Made by a program: the position numbers and the translations under genes. Of a stretch of 64,000 bases of DNA, positions 18,607 through 29,680 are shown piece after piece (position 1 is the stretch's first letter; each line of letters opens with the position of its first letter). The notes beneath the pieces were generated by a model. The model searched no databases and was not told the DNA's origin. It saw only the letters and a program-made list of their open reading frames with translations. The stretch covers positions 544,001 through 608,000 of the forward strand of contig OZ251518.1 of NCBI GenBank assembly GCA_965242965.1, read 5' to 3'. This stretch comes from Candidatus Poribacteria bacterium (GTDB lineage: Bacteria > Poribacteria > WGA-4E > WGA-3G).

Positions 18607-19815
18607 ATGTCACAACCAAAAAACCATAAAATCACCATGCTCGGCACGGGGCTCATCGGGATGTTCTATACGATGACGCTCCACAACCAGCGCGGCGCAG
18701 ACCGGGTGCACGTTGTCTATTCCCGCCGCGAAGAGCGCGCGAACGCCTTCGCTGAAGAGTGGAACATCCCGCACGCGACGACAGACCTGGGTGAAGCGAT
18801 TAACCATCCCGAAACGGATGTCGTCGTGATCGGACTGCCGAACAATTTGCATCTGGAAGCGGTGCAGCGCGCCGCCGAAGCCGGGAAGGCGATTCTCTGC
18901 ACGAAACCCCTCGGCCGCACCGCCGAAGAAGCGAAAAAGATGTTGGATATCGTTGAAAACGCCGGCGTTTTCGGGGGGTATCTTGAAGACCTGGTTTATC
19001 CGCCGAAAACTCTCAAGGCGTTAGAATCGGTGCAAAACGGCGCGCTCGGCAAGATTCTGTGGGTGCGTTCCCGCGAGACACACCCCGGCCCACACAGCGA
19101 CTGGTTCTGGGATCTGGAGCAGGCAGGCGGCGGTGCTATCGTTGACATGGGATGCCATTGCATCGAGATCGTCCGCAACTTCGTAGGCAAGGACAACCGC
19201 CCGGTTGAAGTGATGTGCTGGGCAGATACTCTCGTGCATCCTATCGATGCAGAAGACCACGGTATCGGGCTCATTCGGTTTGAGAGCGGCGCGATGGGAC
19301 AGTTTGAAGTCGGTTGGGCGTTCCGCGGCGGCATGGATCTACGCGATGAAGTCTCTGGCAGCGAAGGCACAATTTGGCTTAACCACTGGCTCCGCACCGG
19401 GTTTGAGATGTTCACCGCGGTTGGGCAAGGCGGCTACGTCGCCGAAAAAGCGGAGAGTGATACCGGGTGGCTCTTCCCGGTCGGCGATGAAGTCGCGGAA
19501 CTCGGCTATCGCGATATGTTTCTGGATATGTTCAACGCCATGGACGAAGGCAGGCAACCCCTTGAAACTTTCTATGACGGTTACGTCGTGAACGCCATCA
19601 TTGATGCTTGCTATGCCTCGGCGAAATCCAAGCAGTGGGAGCCGGTTAAACTTGAGGAATGGCGCGGCAAATCTGTTGCTGATACCGAAGCGGCGGATGC
19701 CGATGCCGATTCTCGGTACGCGCTCCTCAAAAACGAGCGGATGCCTGATGGCAGAATGAAGCGCATCTTCCGAGATCTGGAGACAGGAGAGATTATTGAG
19801 CGCGTTGAGGATTAA
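18607..19815 (+). CDS. Gfo/Idh/MocA family oxidoreductase
   Basis: [27 protein letters not shown]. Confidence 0.9.
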   Translation: MSQPKNHKITMLGTGLIGMFYTMTLHNQRGADRVHVVYSRREERANAFAEEWNIPHATTDLGEAINHPETDVVVIGLPNNLHLEAVQRAAEAGKAILCTKPLGRTAEEAKKMLDIVENAGVFGGYLEDLVYPPKTLKALESVQNGALGKILWVRSRETHPGPHSDWFWDLEQAGGGAIVDMGCHCIEIVRNFVGKDNRPVEVMCWADTLVHPIDAEDHGIGLIRFESGAMGQFEVGWAFRGGMDLRDEVSGSEGTIWLNHWLRTGFEMFTAVGQGGYVAEKAESDTGWLFPVGDEVAELGYRDMFLDMFNAMDEGRQPLETFYDGYVVNAIIDACYASAKSKQWEPVKLEEWRGKSVADTEAADADADSRYALLKNERMPDGRMKRIFRDLETGEIIERVED

Positions 19816-19824
19816 TCTGGCGGT

Positions 19825-20347
19825 GAAAAATGGGGACTTGCCGGGTATGAGAGACCTCCCCGGTCTCGATTCCTTCTAGGTAGGAGAGACCTCGGGCACC
19901 GGTGCGACATGGCACGAAGGCTGGCCCGAGTCTCGATGCCTTCTAGGTAGGAGAGACCTCCCGGTCTCGATGCAATAGGGCGGCGCGCCTACCGGGGCTG
20001 CTGCGGCAGAAGGCCCCCTTCATCGTATGGCATCCGAGAAGGCCCGCGCTACGATAAAAAAACGGTTCTTAGGTCCGTAGGACCTTAATGTCTATAGCAC
20101 TCGGCGATGCGAAGAGTTCTAAGGTCCTTTAGGTCCTTAATGTGTTTTGCCATGCGGTGCGTTTTGTTATTAAGGACCTAAAGGACCTTGACAACAGGAC
20201 GACACGTGTATCTATAGACATGTAGGTCCTAAAGGACCTAAAACGCATCGTGACGATGGACAACGCGGGGGCCTGTCCCCCGCGCTACGGGAACATCGAG
20301 ACCCGGAGGTCTCTCCTACCGAACACATCGAAATATGAAACACCCTC
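19825..20347. repeat. REP-mosaic array ending in a right TIR
   Basis: Starts GAAAAATGGGG (same as 6271), contains several REP types, ends TATGAAACACCCTC. Confidence 0.8.
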
Positions 20348-20359
20348 AGGTAAACAATC

Positions 20360-21205
20360 ATGGACACAACTTGGCTTGAATACTGCGCCACAGACGAACA
20401 ACTTAAAGCGTTCAACGACGAAGGCTATCTCATCGTGGAGGATGCCTTGGCACCGGAAATGGTGGACGCGCTGGAGAAAGTCGCGGATCGGATTGATGCC
20501 GAAGAGCGTGCGGCGCAAGCCCTCGCACCGCACGCATTGTTGTCCAAGTTCCGCACCGTCATTGAAGACGACATCTTCCTTGAACTGCTAGATAACAAGA
20601 AGGTGTTCCCGCTGTTGTGGGACATCTTGGGATGGAACATCCAGCTCTACATTTCGCATCTCATCATGTATCCGCCGGAGCCTGCCGATACACCGCGCAT
20701 CTGCAAAGCCGCACACTGGCATCAGGATGGCGGCAGACCGGTTCCAGAGATGGAGCGTCCCCACCCGCGCCTCTCGCTGAAGGTGAGTTATTGGCTGAGC
20801 GATGTCACGCATCGTGACAACGGTGCGATGCGCCTCATTCCGGGAAGCCATAAACTTGACAAGCTGCCGCCGCAAAGCGATGCAGAGGGAGACCCGGGAG
20901 GTGCCATGGATTTGCTAGTAAAACGCGGCACGGCGGTGCTGTTTGACCGGCGGATGTGGCACTCGCGCGGCAGGAATTACTCCGGTGCCACTCGGAAAGT
21001 CTTGTTCATGGGCTATAGTTATCGGTGGCTGCGCGGCTTGGATTACAACCTCATGCCGCCCGATGTCCTCGCCAAGTGCGATGCGATTCGGCGGCAGTTG
21101 CTCGGCGATGGCGTGGATATTAAAGGTTGGTGGCAACCGACGGATGCAGACGTGCCGCTGAAGACCTGGATTGCGGAGCACCGCGGCGCAGAATATGTGC
21201 GGTAG
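20360..21205 (+). CDS. Phytanoyl-CoA dioxygenase (PhyH) family protein
   Basis: FNDEGYLIVEDAL, WHQDG, LIPGSH, FDRRMWHS. Confidence 0.9.
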   Translation: MDTTWLEYCATDEQLKAFNDEGYLIVEDALAPEMVDALEKVADRIDAEERAAQALAPHALLSKFRTVIEDDIFLELLDNKKVFPLLWDILGWNIQLYISHLIMYPPEPADTPRICKAAHWHQDGGRPVPEMERPHPRLSLKVSYWLSDVTHRDNGAMRLIPGSHKLDKLPPQSDAEGDPGGAMDLLVKRGTAVLFDRRMWHSRGRNYSGATRKVLFMGYSYRWLRGLDYNLMPPDVLAKCDAIRRQLLGDGVDIKGWWQPTDADVPLKTWIAEHRGAEYVR

Positions 21206-21329
21206 ACGTAGCGAAATTGTAAGGGCGGATGTCTCTATCCGCCCATTCTTTTTCAATGCGGCTCGCGCGCATTTAGGGCTAACGGTAATTTGTCGGGCGG
21301 AAACCATAGGAAGCCGCCGTTGCAAATAA

Positions 21330-23348
21330 TTACCGATCTGTTCTCACTATCTTCTCCCAATTCCATAGGAGAATCGTGCCATCCCCGCCGCCACTCGCCA
21401 GCGTGTGCCCATCCGGCGAAAATTCCAAATTTTTCACCCCATAGCAATGCGCTTTAATGGTAGACTGAACGGTTCGAGTGCCGCTATCTATTATAGACAA
21501 GATGCCAATGCCATCACCGCTGACGAGGACTGTATTGTCGGGCGAGAACGCCATGGCTTCAATGCTGTAGTCTGGAAGGCCCGATACGTGCCCGACTAGG
21601 TTATGTGTCTGCACATCCCAGAGATAAACCCGTCCCTCCTCATCTCCACTAGCGAGCAGTTTGCTATTCGGGGAAAACGCGAGGGCAATCTTTTTATTCC
21701 AATGTTCCCTACGCGTCTCACCGTGGTCCGCGAAAGTGGCGAGTTTGTCCCGTTTGTGGATATCCCACAAATGGAGAGTCTCGTCCCTGTCCGCACTAGC
21801 GAGCAACTTCCCATCGGGTGAGAGCACCAATGCGCTGATAGTTTTGTCATGTCCTTTGAGCACGCCCAACTGGCTGCCGGTGTCCGCGTCCCACAGCCGA
21901 ATCGTCAGGTCTGCGCTGCCAGTTGCCAGTACTGTGCTATCGGCGGAGAAGGCGAGAGCGGTAACCTCCTGCGTATGGCGTTTGAGCACGATGCGCTCGG
22001 TTCCCGTTCGCAGATTCCAGAGCCAGACGATATGCTCGTTTCCTGACATACCGTTCCCAGCACTCGCCAGGGTCTTGCCATCGGGTGAAAAGGCATAGAC
22101 GTTTGCAATACCTGTCTGAAGAGTGAAGTTGGTAAGCGGAGAGGCTGTGTCGGCATCCCATATCTGCACAGTGTTTCCGCGGTATCCCCATCCGCTAGCA
22201 GCCACGGTTGTGCTATCGGCGGAGAAGTCAAACTCAAGTCCCCACGGTTCGTGCCCACGGAGGGAGAGCATGGAGAGTTCGTGATTTCCTCGGGTCGGAT
22301 CCCACGTGCACACTATACCATTTCCATCTCCGCTTGCTAACAGGGCACCGTCTGGTGAAAATGCCAACGTGAGTATGGACACGGGATTTTCCGAAGGGGT
22401 TATGAATTTGGAGAGAAACCGCCCATCTTCAACATTCCACAACCGAATGATACCGCCCTGGTCGCCGATGGCCACGGTGGACCCGTCCGGTGAGAACACA
22501 AGTGCTTCAATCCAAGCTGCCTCGCGTTTAACCGTCGGAAGTTGCCCGCGCGTGCGCGGCTCGGCAAGTTCAAGTTGGACGAGCGTCGCGTGGCGTTCGC
22601 CTGTTTCAGCGTTCCACAAACGCGCAACGCCTTCCCTATCCGCACTCGCTAGTTGAGTCCCATCCGGTGAGAAAGCCAACGTTTCGACGGGATCCTGATG
22701 TCCATCAAGCACCAACAGTTGTTCCCCACTGGCGACATCCCACAATCGGATGGCGGTATCTTGCCCGCCACTAGCAATGCGGCGGCTGTCAGGTGAAAAA
22801 ATAACCGCTTCGACCGGGGCTGTTTCGTGTCCGTAAAGCGTCTTAATCGGTGTGGCATGCACCATGCTCGGCGATTGGTGTTCCGCAATTTCCCACAAAT
22901 GAATCATGCCGTAGTAATCTCCTGCCGCGAGTTTCGTCCTGTCTGGCGAAAATGCAAGCGACCAGGGATGCCCGTGAATGTCTTCTATTGGGATGAGCGC
23001 GAGTTGTTGGCCTGTCTCGGTATCCCATATTCGGATTGTTCTGTCGTTTCCCGTGCTAGCGAGCATCCGGCCGTCTTGCGAGAACGCTAAGTGGCGAGAT
23101 TCTTCGGTATGGCCGGTGAACAACCTGATTTCGTCGCCGGTGCGCGCGTCGTAAAGCCAAACGCCTATCGTGGTTGACGCGGCGAGGCGGTTTCCGTCCG
23201 GCGAAAACTGTAGCCGGTTGATATCTCCCTTTCCGATGCGGTGTTTCGCGCCTTCGGGCAATCCCCAAGTGGTATAATCTTCTTGGGCGAACGCGTTGGG
23301 CAATAGCCACAGCGCGATGAGTATGAGCGTGCAGTTGAGGTATTTCAT
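21330..23348 (-). CDS. Secreted WD40-repeat protein
   Basis: Signal peptide; more than ten GH..LAFSPDG..LASG..D.TIRLWD repeats. Confidence 0.92.
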   Translation of the reverse strand: MKYLNCTLILIALWLLPNAFAQEDYTTWGLPEGAKHRIGKGDINRLQFSPDGNRLAASTTIGVWLYDARTGDEIRLFTGHTEESRHLAFSQDGRMLASTGNDRTIRIWDTETGQQLALIPIEDIHGHPWSLAFSPDRTKLAAGDYYGMIHLWEIAEHQSPSMVHATPIKTLYGHETAPVEAVIFSPDSRRIASGGQDTAIRLWDVASGEQLLVLDGHQDPVETLAFSPDGTQLASADREGVARLWNAETGERHATLVQLELAEPRTRGQLPTVKREAAWIEALVFSPDGSTVAIGDQGGIIRLWNVEDGRFLSKFITPSENPVSILTLAFSPDGALLASGDGNGIVCTWDPTRGNHELSMLSLRGHEPWGLEFDFSADSTTVAASGWGYRGNTVQIWDADTASPLTNFTLQTGIANVYAFSPDGKTLASAGNGMSGNEHIVWLWNLRTGTERIVLKRHTQEVTALAFSADSTVLATGSADLTIRLWDADTGSQLGVLKGHDKTISALVLSPDGKLLASADRDETLHLWDIHKRDKLATFADHGETRREHWNKKIALAFSPNSKLLASGDEEGRVYLWDVQTHNLVGHVSGLPDYSIEAMAFSPDNTVLVSGDGIGILSIIDSGTRTVQSTIKAHCYGVKNLEFSPDGHTLASGGGDGTILLWNWEKIVRTDR

Positions 23349-23962
23349 CGTTTTGTCTCCTTCACGGCTTCCGTTGCAGCTTTAAACACCGCATCAATCG
23401 CGCCGAAAAGTGCCGGCAGATCCTGCAACAGGAAGGACATTGTGGATTCAGTAAATGTATCGCCGATAAGTCGCCCAAATTGCCACCGCTCGCCATCGGT
23501 GACGATGCCGTAAACCGGGAAACCTGCATCAGCATTGATTTTTTGTGCGGCTACCAATTCAGCGAGGCATTGTCCCCAGCCCATCTCAAAATCGTTCTTT
23601 TTCGCCTCAACCATCATGATTAGCGGACTTCCGACAACGCGAGGCCCCAATTCCGATCTCGTTGAGACGAAGTAATCAGGCTTGACGCTCAAAGTGTCAT
23701 TGTAAGCGATGGATTTTTCCATCCAAAGCACGTAGTTTTCGGCGTATGCCTTGTAGACTTCCCGTAAAATCGGGTAAATCAGTGCCTGACACTTTGCTGC
23801 CTCGGAGGCAAGAAAATCAATGTACTGCCGTGTAAATGCGAGTTCTTGCAGGAACTGCTCCGATGGGATTAAGGGTTCACCGCCGACGAAGTCTTGTCGC
23901 CTGTGTTTAATCCCGAATTCTGCTTGGACTTCCGGAATCTCCTTGAAATCGCTGAATGCCAT
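23345..23962 (-). CDS. Hypothetical PD-(D/E)xK-like protein
   Basis: PDY..VEAKKNDF..GQCLAELVAAQ..YGIVTDG.W.F pattern. Confidence 0.7.
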   Translation of the reverse strand: MAFSDFKEIPEVQAEFGIKHRRQDFVGGEPLIPSEQFLQELAFTRQYIDFLASEAAKCQALIYPILREVYKAYAENYVLWMEKSIAYNDTLSVKPDYFVSTRSELGPRVVGSPLIMMVEAKKNDFEMGWGQCLAELVAAQKINADAGFPVYGIVTDGERWQFGRLIGDTFTESTMSFLLQDLPALFGAIDAVFKAATEAVKETKR

Positions 23963-23996
23963 GGGTTTATCCCTGAGTCTATTGACTCAGTTAATC

Positions 23997-24372
23997 GAGG
24001 GGGGTTTCATATCTCGCTCAACGTAGCGGTGACAGGCCCCCGCTACGATGAAAAAACGCCGCCTCTTTACGTAGGGCGAGGGCCCTCGCATGCGCGTATG
24101 GAAACCTCCGAGGGCCCCCGCGCTACGGTAAAAAAAACAGTCCGCTTCACCGTAGGGCGAGGGCCTGTCCCTCGCCATGCATTTGGCTGACAGACTTCCT
24201 CACCCCTGTAGGTCAGGATCGCCTGATCCTGACCTGTTCGGGATCAGGCGATCCCGAACTACAGAGGTGGGCCCGATGCCTTACGGTAGGAGGGACATCC
24301 TTGTCCCGATACGGTGTGCATCGAGACCAGGAGGTCTCGCCTACCGAACGCATCGAAATATGAAATACCCTC
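23997..24372. mobile_element. TIR-bounded REP-mosaic element
   Basis: GAGGGGGGTTTCATAT ... ATATGAAATACCCTC with GTAG-REP interior. Confidence 0.65.
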
Positions 24373-24383
24373 AGTTAATCTCC

Positions 24384-25451
24384 TCACTCCGACGCGTCCT
24401 CTCCATTTGTCACCCACGCCAGATCGAACTTAGCGAATGACAATGTCTCGTAGGGCCGCACCTCGCCGCGTTCGTAAAGACAACAGATTTGCATATCGGA
24501 TGTAATACAGAGGTCTGAGTAAGCAGCGGGCCCCGCGTGCAAGACTTTCCCTTCACTCCAACTCCGACACTCATCGTAACTGATACGAATCGTCATCCGT
24601 TCGCGAGTCTCACTCGCCGGGTTTGAGAAGATGACGCGGTTCTTGCCATGCGTTTGAGCATTTGTATAGCGAATCATGCTGGCTTGACAGATAGGTTCAA
24701 CGAGGTTTTCGGCATACCCGAATTCCGTGAACGTATCGCCGTTGTCAGTGCTCCAAGCGTAGGCGCGCCGCTTCGGCGGAACGTAATTGCGGCAGTTGAA
24801 ATAGAGGTGCCCTTCCACCGTCTCAACGATAACTGATTCGTTCGTGCCAGGTTGCGCGATACCGCCGATGCGCCACGTCTCACCACCGTCATCGCTGACG
24901 ATGAGATGTGAAAAGCCAGATTCAGCGTAGTTCCGTGAATTTCCGACAACGTGATCGCACGGAATGACTAATCTGCCGTTTGTCAACTGAATGCCGTGAC
25001 ATGGTCCCGTCGCATACCATGTCCATCCATCTGCTTTGGTTGCGTCCGTGATTTCCTTCGGTTCTGTCCACGTTTCACCATCGTCCGTGCTAGAGGTTAC
25101 CCAGACGGTGCGCGGTGCATCGCCAGCAATAATCTTCCCTTCTGCGCCATCTGCCAGATTTTTGCAGAAGAGCAACCGGATGATGCCGGTGTCTCTATCC
25201 ACGACAGGTGCCGGGTTTCCGTCGGTATCGCCTCCCGTTGAGACAGCGACTTGCATGGGTTGCCAAGTTTCGCCGTTATCAAAACTGCGTTTCAGCACAA
25301 TATCAATGTCGCCAGAATCGCCGCCGCCCGTGCGTCGCCCTTCGCAGAACGCGAGCAGCGTCCCTTGATTAGAGACAGCAAGTGCGGGTATGCGGAAGGT
25401 GTGATACCCTTCTGTCCCCGCTGTGAAGAGGGGGCTCTCTTGTTTGAACAT
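24384..25451 (-). CDS. Sialidase (GH33) family protein
   Basis: FRIP motif, Asp-boxes SxDxGxTW, AYSDL, LYERG. Confidence 0.92.
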   Translation of the reverse strand: MFKQESPLFTAGTEGYHTFRIPALAVSNQGTLLAFCEGRRTGGGDSGDIDIVLKRSFDNGETWQPMQVAVSTGGDTDGNPAPVVDRDTGIIRLLFCKNLADGAEGKIIAGDAPRTVWVTSSTDDGETWTEPKEITDATKADGWTWYATGPCHGIQLTNGRLVIPCDHVVGNSRNYAESGFSHLIVSDDGGETWRIGGIAQPGTNESVIVETVEGHLYFNCRNYVPPKRRAYAWSTDNGDTFTEFGYAENLVEPICQASMIRYTNAQTHGKNRVIFSNPASETRERMTIRISYDECRSWSEGKVLHAGPAAYSDLCITSDMQICCLYERGEVRPYETLSFAKFDLAWVTNGEDASE

Positions 25452-25465
25452 TGTTTTTCCTTAGA

Positions 25466-25625
25466 TTAAAACCGCCTGAGTCCGTAGCGCGAGGGCCTGT
25501 CCCTCGCGATCTCTCGATCTCCGTAACGTTTTCCCGATTCCCGTAGCGCGAGGGCCTGTCCCTCGCGAATTTTCCGCGCGTCCCGGGCACGGCGGGGGAC
25601 AGGCCCCCGCCCTACGATGTAGAAG
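25466..25625. repeat. GTAG-REP cluster
   Basis: Two GTAGCGCGAGGGCCTGTCCCTCGCG units plus an inverted GGCGGGGGACAGGCCCCCGCCCTAC. Confidence 0.8.
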
Positions 25626-25630
25626 GCTGT

Positions 25631-26350
25631 TCATTTTTCCGACTTGATTCGCGCCCAAACCGCCGCTAATTTTCCGAGAGGCTGGACGGGAGCCGGATCA
25701 TCCATGATAAACTCATCGACTTCCTTCTGATGGTCTGACAGCCGAAGCCCATCAACGACGCAGTTGGTTGGGAACTTGGGATCGGGCGGCGAAGCGTTGT
25801 TGATCTCGAAAGTTTCCGCGAATACCGCCGGTCCTTTTTTGAAATCGTGCTCTCCCTCTAACTTGCCATCTAGGTAGAGTTTCAGTCCTGCCGGTCCCCA
25901 CGTGCCCGCCACGTGGTGATGCTCCCCTTTTTTCCAATTGAGGGGCGAACTGTCGGCGTTGAACCACGAGCCGGCACTTTTGATGCGCATGCGCGCAATC
26001 CCGCCGTTGTCAAATTGCACGAAGACGGCATCGGTGCCGCGTTTGTAAGTCATAAACAGGAAGAGTTCACCGGTGATCTCCTTGACATCCAACCCCATCG
26101 TCACCCAGAGTTCGACGGTGCCTTCATCGAGGTTAACGAACCGGTCTTCCACCGGAAAGTGGATGACATCGCCTACCTCTTCGCTGACAAATCCGTTGCC
26201 GAATTTACCGGGGGCGAAGCTGCCGCCATCGACGGTGCCGCCCTCTTTTTCCACTTCTGCTTTGCTCTCTAGGGCAGAAAAGAAGGTCTCCTCTGCAGCG
26301 GCGATTGAGACACAAAGCAGCGCAATTGCTAAGATACATAACGTTTTCAC
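25631..26350 (-). CDS. Secreted LamG-like jellyroll protein with C-terminal WxxxK tail
   Basis: Signal peptide; GTVELW, HHVAGTW, LYLDG; ends PVQPLGKLAAVWARIKSEK. Confidence 0.85.
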   Translation of the reverse strand: MKTLCILAIALLCVSIAAAEETFFSALESKAEVEKEGGTVDGGSFAPGKFGNGFVSEEVGDVIHFPVEDRFVNLDEGTVELWVTMGLDVKEITGELFLFMTYKRGTDAVFVQFDNGGIARMRIKSAGSWFNADSSPLNWKKGEHHHVAGTWGPAGLKLYLDGKLEGEHDFKKGPAVFAETFEINNASPPDPKFPTNCVVDGLRLSDHQKEVDEFIMDDPAPVQPLGKLAAVWARIKSEK

Positions 26351-26424
26351 GAGTTACCTCCAATTTTTGGTCGAGGGACAAATCCCTCAAAATATCTATA
26401 ATCTTGCCAGTCTTGTCAGTCTTG

Positions 26425-27285
26425 CTAGTCTTGTCTATCCTGATTTAGACAAATTGCGTAAACATACGGCGAAGTCAACTGCTGATTCGGAATACGCATC
26501 CCCACCAGCAGATTTCCGATGACAATGTCCGTAAGATTGACGCACTTACAAAGGACTTCATGTCCCCACTTGCCGATGACAGCGCGCCACGGTGAATAAT
26601 CGACAACGCTCAACTTAAGCGGTCCGCCGGTGTAGCCAAATTCTGTGACGTAAAACCCAGCGTCTCGTAACGCCGCGGCGAGTTCAGGTGGCGTAATCAC
26701 CTGATGCGTCGCGAGGAGTTTCGGGCTTGCGACGCGCGCGATAGGCGTATACATCCCTCGCAAATTCGGCGTGACGGTGAGCATTGTTCCCATCGGTTTC
26801 AGAAGCGTGCGCATCTCCGCTAAAATCGCTTGCGGTTCGGTGAAATGTTCGATCAGGCCCATAGAATAGACGAAGTCAAATTCCTCTCTGTGCGTTTTGA
26901 TAAAGGCGAACATATCTTCGCAGACGATTGTGCCTTCCGCACCGGCGAGTGCCAGGTTGCGTTGCGCGAGTTGACATCCTAATTCAGAGAAATCGACACC
27001 GTAGCAGTCACCTCCGTAGTTCTGCGCGAGGTAGGGGAGCCATAACGAGTCGGCGCAGCCGAGTTCAACGAGTTTCGGTTGCGCAAAAGTTGCGGCGTTA
27101 CAAACCCCATCTACGGTATTAACGGATGCCAGTTTTCTGAAATCCATCAATGCGCGCTGAAAAAGTTTAGCGAGTTGCCGGTTTGCCACATAAGCCCACC
27201 GCAAATGCCGCACCTTATGCTGCTGTCCATCCCAGAGGGTTGTCCAATAGGATTCGTCTGTTAACGAGTTTTCTTGCATGTCCAT
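26425..27285 (-). CDS. Class I SAM-dependent methyltransferase
   Basis: ELGCADS, GVDFS, FDFVYSMGLIEHF; the upstream ORF extension is repeat-derived. Confidence 0.85.
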   Translation of the reverse strand: MDMQENSLTDESYWTTLWDGQQHKVRHLRWAYVANRQLAKLFQRALMDFRKLASVNTVDGVCNAATFAQPKLVELGCADSLWLPYLAQNYGGDCYGVDFSELGCQLAQRNLALAGAEGTIVCEDMFAFIKTHREEFDFVYSMGLIEHFTEPQAILAEMRTLLKPMGTMLTVTPNLRGMYTPIARVASPKLLATHQVITPPELAAALRDAGFYVTEFGYTGGPLKLSVVDYSPWRAVIGKWGHEVLCKCVNLTDIVIGNLLVGMRIPNQQLTSPYVYAICLNQDRQD

Positions 27286-27309
27286 TCGGATGCCCTCATT
27301 CACGTTATT

Positions 27310-27490
27310 GCAGTAGGCGAGTCCTCCCGGTCTCGATTTCTTCGGATTCGTGACAAGGATGTCCCTCCTACCGGCATTTGGTATCGGGACAGGAATGTCC
27401 CGCCTACCGGCTCGTTTACGTTGTTGCAGTAGGCGAGACCTCCCGGTCTTGATGTGTTTCGTATCGGGACTAAGGATGTCCCTCCTACTC
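27310..27490. repeat. GTAG-REP cluster
   Basis: Alternating GTAGGCGAGACCTCCCGGTCT and ATCGGGACA..GATGTCCC..CTAC units. Confidence 0.75.
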
Positions 27491-28957
27491 AGACACTCCT
27501 TCCTCGGCGAGTATTGCGTCGTGTTCGATGATAGGACACAAATCGCAGAGCTGATCGGCGCAGTAATTTTTATAGAGTCGGATTGCGCCTTGCTGCGTTT
27601 TAGCGGTTTTAATTGCATCCTTCATCGGCTGTGCTTCGGTGAAGATTTGCGTCTCAATTTTACGAAGAATCGTGTTTTCTTGCAACTTCGCGTAACTGCC
27701 GTAAAGGTGCAAGATCGCCTCTTGCAGTCCCTGGCTCCCGGCTTCAACCGCCCAAACATACGCGACCGGCAGGATTTTGTTGATGATAATGTCCAGCGCG
27801 CGGCTTTTCCCGATGAGTGCCGCTTTACGGACAGCGCGCCCGAAGTTGGAGTGGGTTTCCCAGTATCCATCGGGTTCAAGTGTGAGGAGTGCCAACAGTT
27901 CTCGCTGGATATTGCGTAGCAGCCGGGGCGTATCTGCGGTGACAGAACGTTCGCAGGTAGGTAGAAAGTGCATCATCAAACTACCTTGGCAGTGATGGAT
28001 GAGTCTGCTGATTGCGGCGATACGCCGGGTGGGATAGTTAAACGGACGAATTTTGCCGAATCGCCATTGGGCTGCAGACATCTGTTCGCTGCGAGGGTTA
28101 TAGTCCGAAGCACTCCAGAGTGCCTCTAACGCCGCGATAAACGGATGTTCCACCGTCTGTGCCGGCATCGGTTGCTCAAGTTGTGAAGGGAGTAATCCTG
28201 CGACACCGAATAAAATGGCTTGGATCTCCCATTCGGATTTGGTGTCAAAATCGGCGAAAGGCACGCGCTGTGCTAACTCGCGCAACGGCGTGCTGTTTTC
28301 GCGGTAACCCAACGCCTCCATTATTCCTTCGTAGAGGAGCTGCTCGAAATCGAGGCGCGTTCGCAACAGGCGCATTGCCTCTGCTTTCTCCAAAAAACGT
28401 TCCCTGCCTAGCGAATCAAAAACGCCGCGGATTCCCTCAACGTTGAGTTCATGTCCTGTGATTCGGCAGTAATCGGCGGCATCCGCCTCCGTTTTCTGCG
28501 CCTGATCGAACAGATCTCCGGTAGGCGCATCAATGAACTTAAGGAGCTCCAGTGTAGGCACCCGTTTCCCATTCTGGAGCCGTGTCCGCAAATTGAAATC
28601 GTCGTTGAAGAAGACAGCGTGGAGGACAACGCGGTTATATCTGGGGTTGAGATGGTGTTTATGCGCATACCACTCCGAAGAGCTGACGTGAATCTCCACA
28701 TCACCGACATGCAGTTTTCCGGCAATCTCCACTTCGGCGTGCAGAAAATCCGGTCCTTCGCCGTGATTCCACGTTCCGGGTTTCAGCACCCGAATGGCGC
28801 GTCTGTCAATCGCCTCAAGGTTGGCATTGAAGAAGCGTTGCGTATGCCATAATTTCTGGACGAACGCCTCTTCGATTTTGCTCAGATCGGGTTCGTAAAC
28901 CTGGTCTGGTTCTCTGAACTGCGCTGTGAGATGTCCAATGTTATTGAGATGATTCAT
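27485..28957 (-). CDS. DUF2851 family protein
   Basis: PGTWNHGEGPDF, GDVEIH..W..HKH..Y..V.LH, RPFNYP.RR, C-terminal C..CDLCP. Confidence 0.85.
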   Translation of the reverse strand: MNHLNNIGHLTAQFREPDQVYEPDLSKIEEAFVQKLWHTQRFFNANLEAIDRRAIRVLKPGTWNHGEGPDFLHAEVEIAGKLHVGDVEIHVSSSEWYAHKHHLNPRYNRVVLHAVFFNDDFNLRTRLQNGKRVPTLELLKFIDAPTGDLFDQAQKTEADAADYCRITGHELNVEGIRGVFDSLGRERFLEKAEAMRLLRTRLDFEQLLYEGIMEALGYRENSTPLRELAQRVPFADFDTKSEWEIQAILFGVAGLLPSQLEQPMPAQTVEHPFIAALEALWSASDYNPRSEQMSAAQWRFGKIRPFNYPTRRIAAISRLIHHCQGSLMMHFLPTCERSVTADTPRLLRNIQRELLALLTLEPDGYWETHSNFGRAVRKAALIGKSRALDIIINKILPVAYVWAVEAGSQGLQEAILHLYGSYAKLQENTILRKIETQIFTEAQPMKDAIKTAKTQQGAIRLYKNYCADQLCDLCPIIEHDAILAEEGVSE

Positions 28958-29588
28958 GTTTGCCCTTCTGAATTTCGCTGAGCAGTGCCGCCGTTGCAAC
29001 CTGCGGTTCCGGATGCGCGCACACCGCGGAGATGACAGCGATGCCGTGTGCCCCCGCACGAATTACCTCCGCCGCCGTGTCTATCGTAATCCCGCCGATT
29101 GCGATGACAGGACACGCCGCAATCTCGCACATTCGGTGAAGCCTCGCGAGGCCTTTCGCAGATTCCGCATCCGGCTTTGAGGTAGTCCCATAAATTGGAC
29201 CGAATCCGATATAGTCTGCACCTTCCGAAATCGCGGCGAGGATTTTCTCTTCTGTCCGCGCCGAAGCACCGATGATAGTCTCCGCAGGGAGGATGCGTCT
29301 ACCGATGGTGACAGGCATGTCGTCTTGTCCAAAGTGCGCGCCTTTCGCGCCGACTGCCAACGCGATATCGGCACGATCGTTGATAATTAATGGCACGCCG
29401 TTTTGCGCGCAGACGACTTGCATTTCTTGGGCTGTCCGCACTAATTCGCGCGTTGTGCCTATTTTCTGCCGAAATTGCACCGTATCCGCGCCGCCGGCAA
29501 TTGCAAGTTCTGCCAGCTGCGCGTGTGTGAATCGGGACTGAAGCGTTGTATCTGTGATGACGTGAAGCACGCCGATTGTTTTTTTCAT
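28941..29588 (-). CDS. thiE: Thiamine-phosphate synthase
   Basis: VQFRQK, IINDRADIA, HFGQDD, GPIYGTTSK, AIGGI. Confidence 0.93.
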   Translation of the reverse strand: MKKTIGVLHVITDTTLQSRFTHAQLAELAIAGGADTVQFRQKIGTTRELVRTAQEMQVVCAQNGVPLIINDRADIALAVGAKGAHFGQDDMPVTIGRRILPAETIIGASARTEEKILAAISEGADYIGFGPIYGTTSKPDAESAKGLARLHRMCEIAACPVIAIGGITIDTAAEVIRAGAHGIAVISAVCAHPEPQVATAALLSEIQKGKHESSQ

Positions 29589-29680
29589 CGTCTTGGTTAC
29601 CAAATGAAGTCGGGTAGGCTCCCCTAGCATCTTGACTTTTCACGATTAAGCAAATCCGAACTACAGAGGTGCATTTCGCG

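Noticed and set aside
26400-26436. 9-bp tandem AGTCTTGNN repeat at the methyltransferase stop
   Set aside because: Short degenerate microsatellite with no evident consequence beyond the last few codons.
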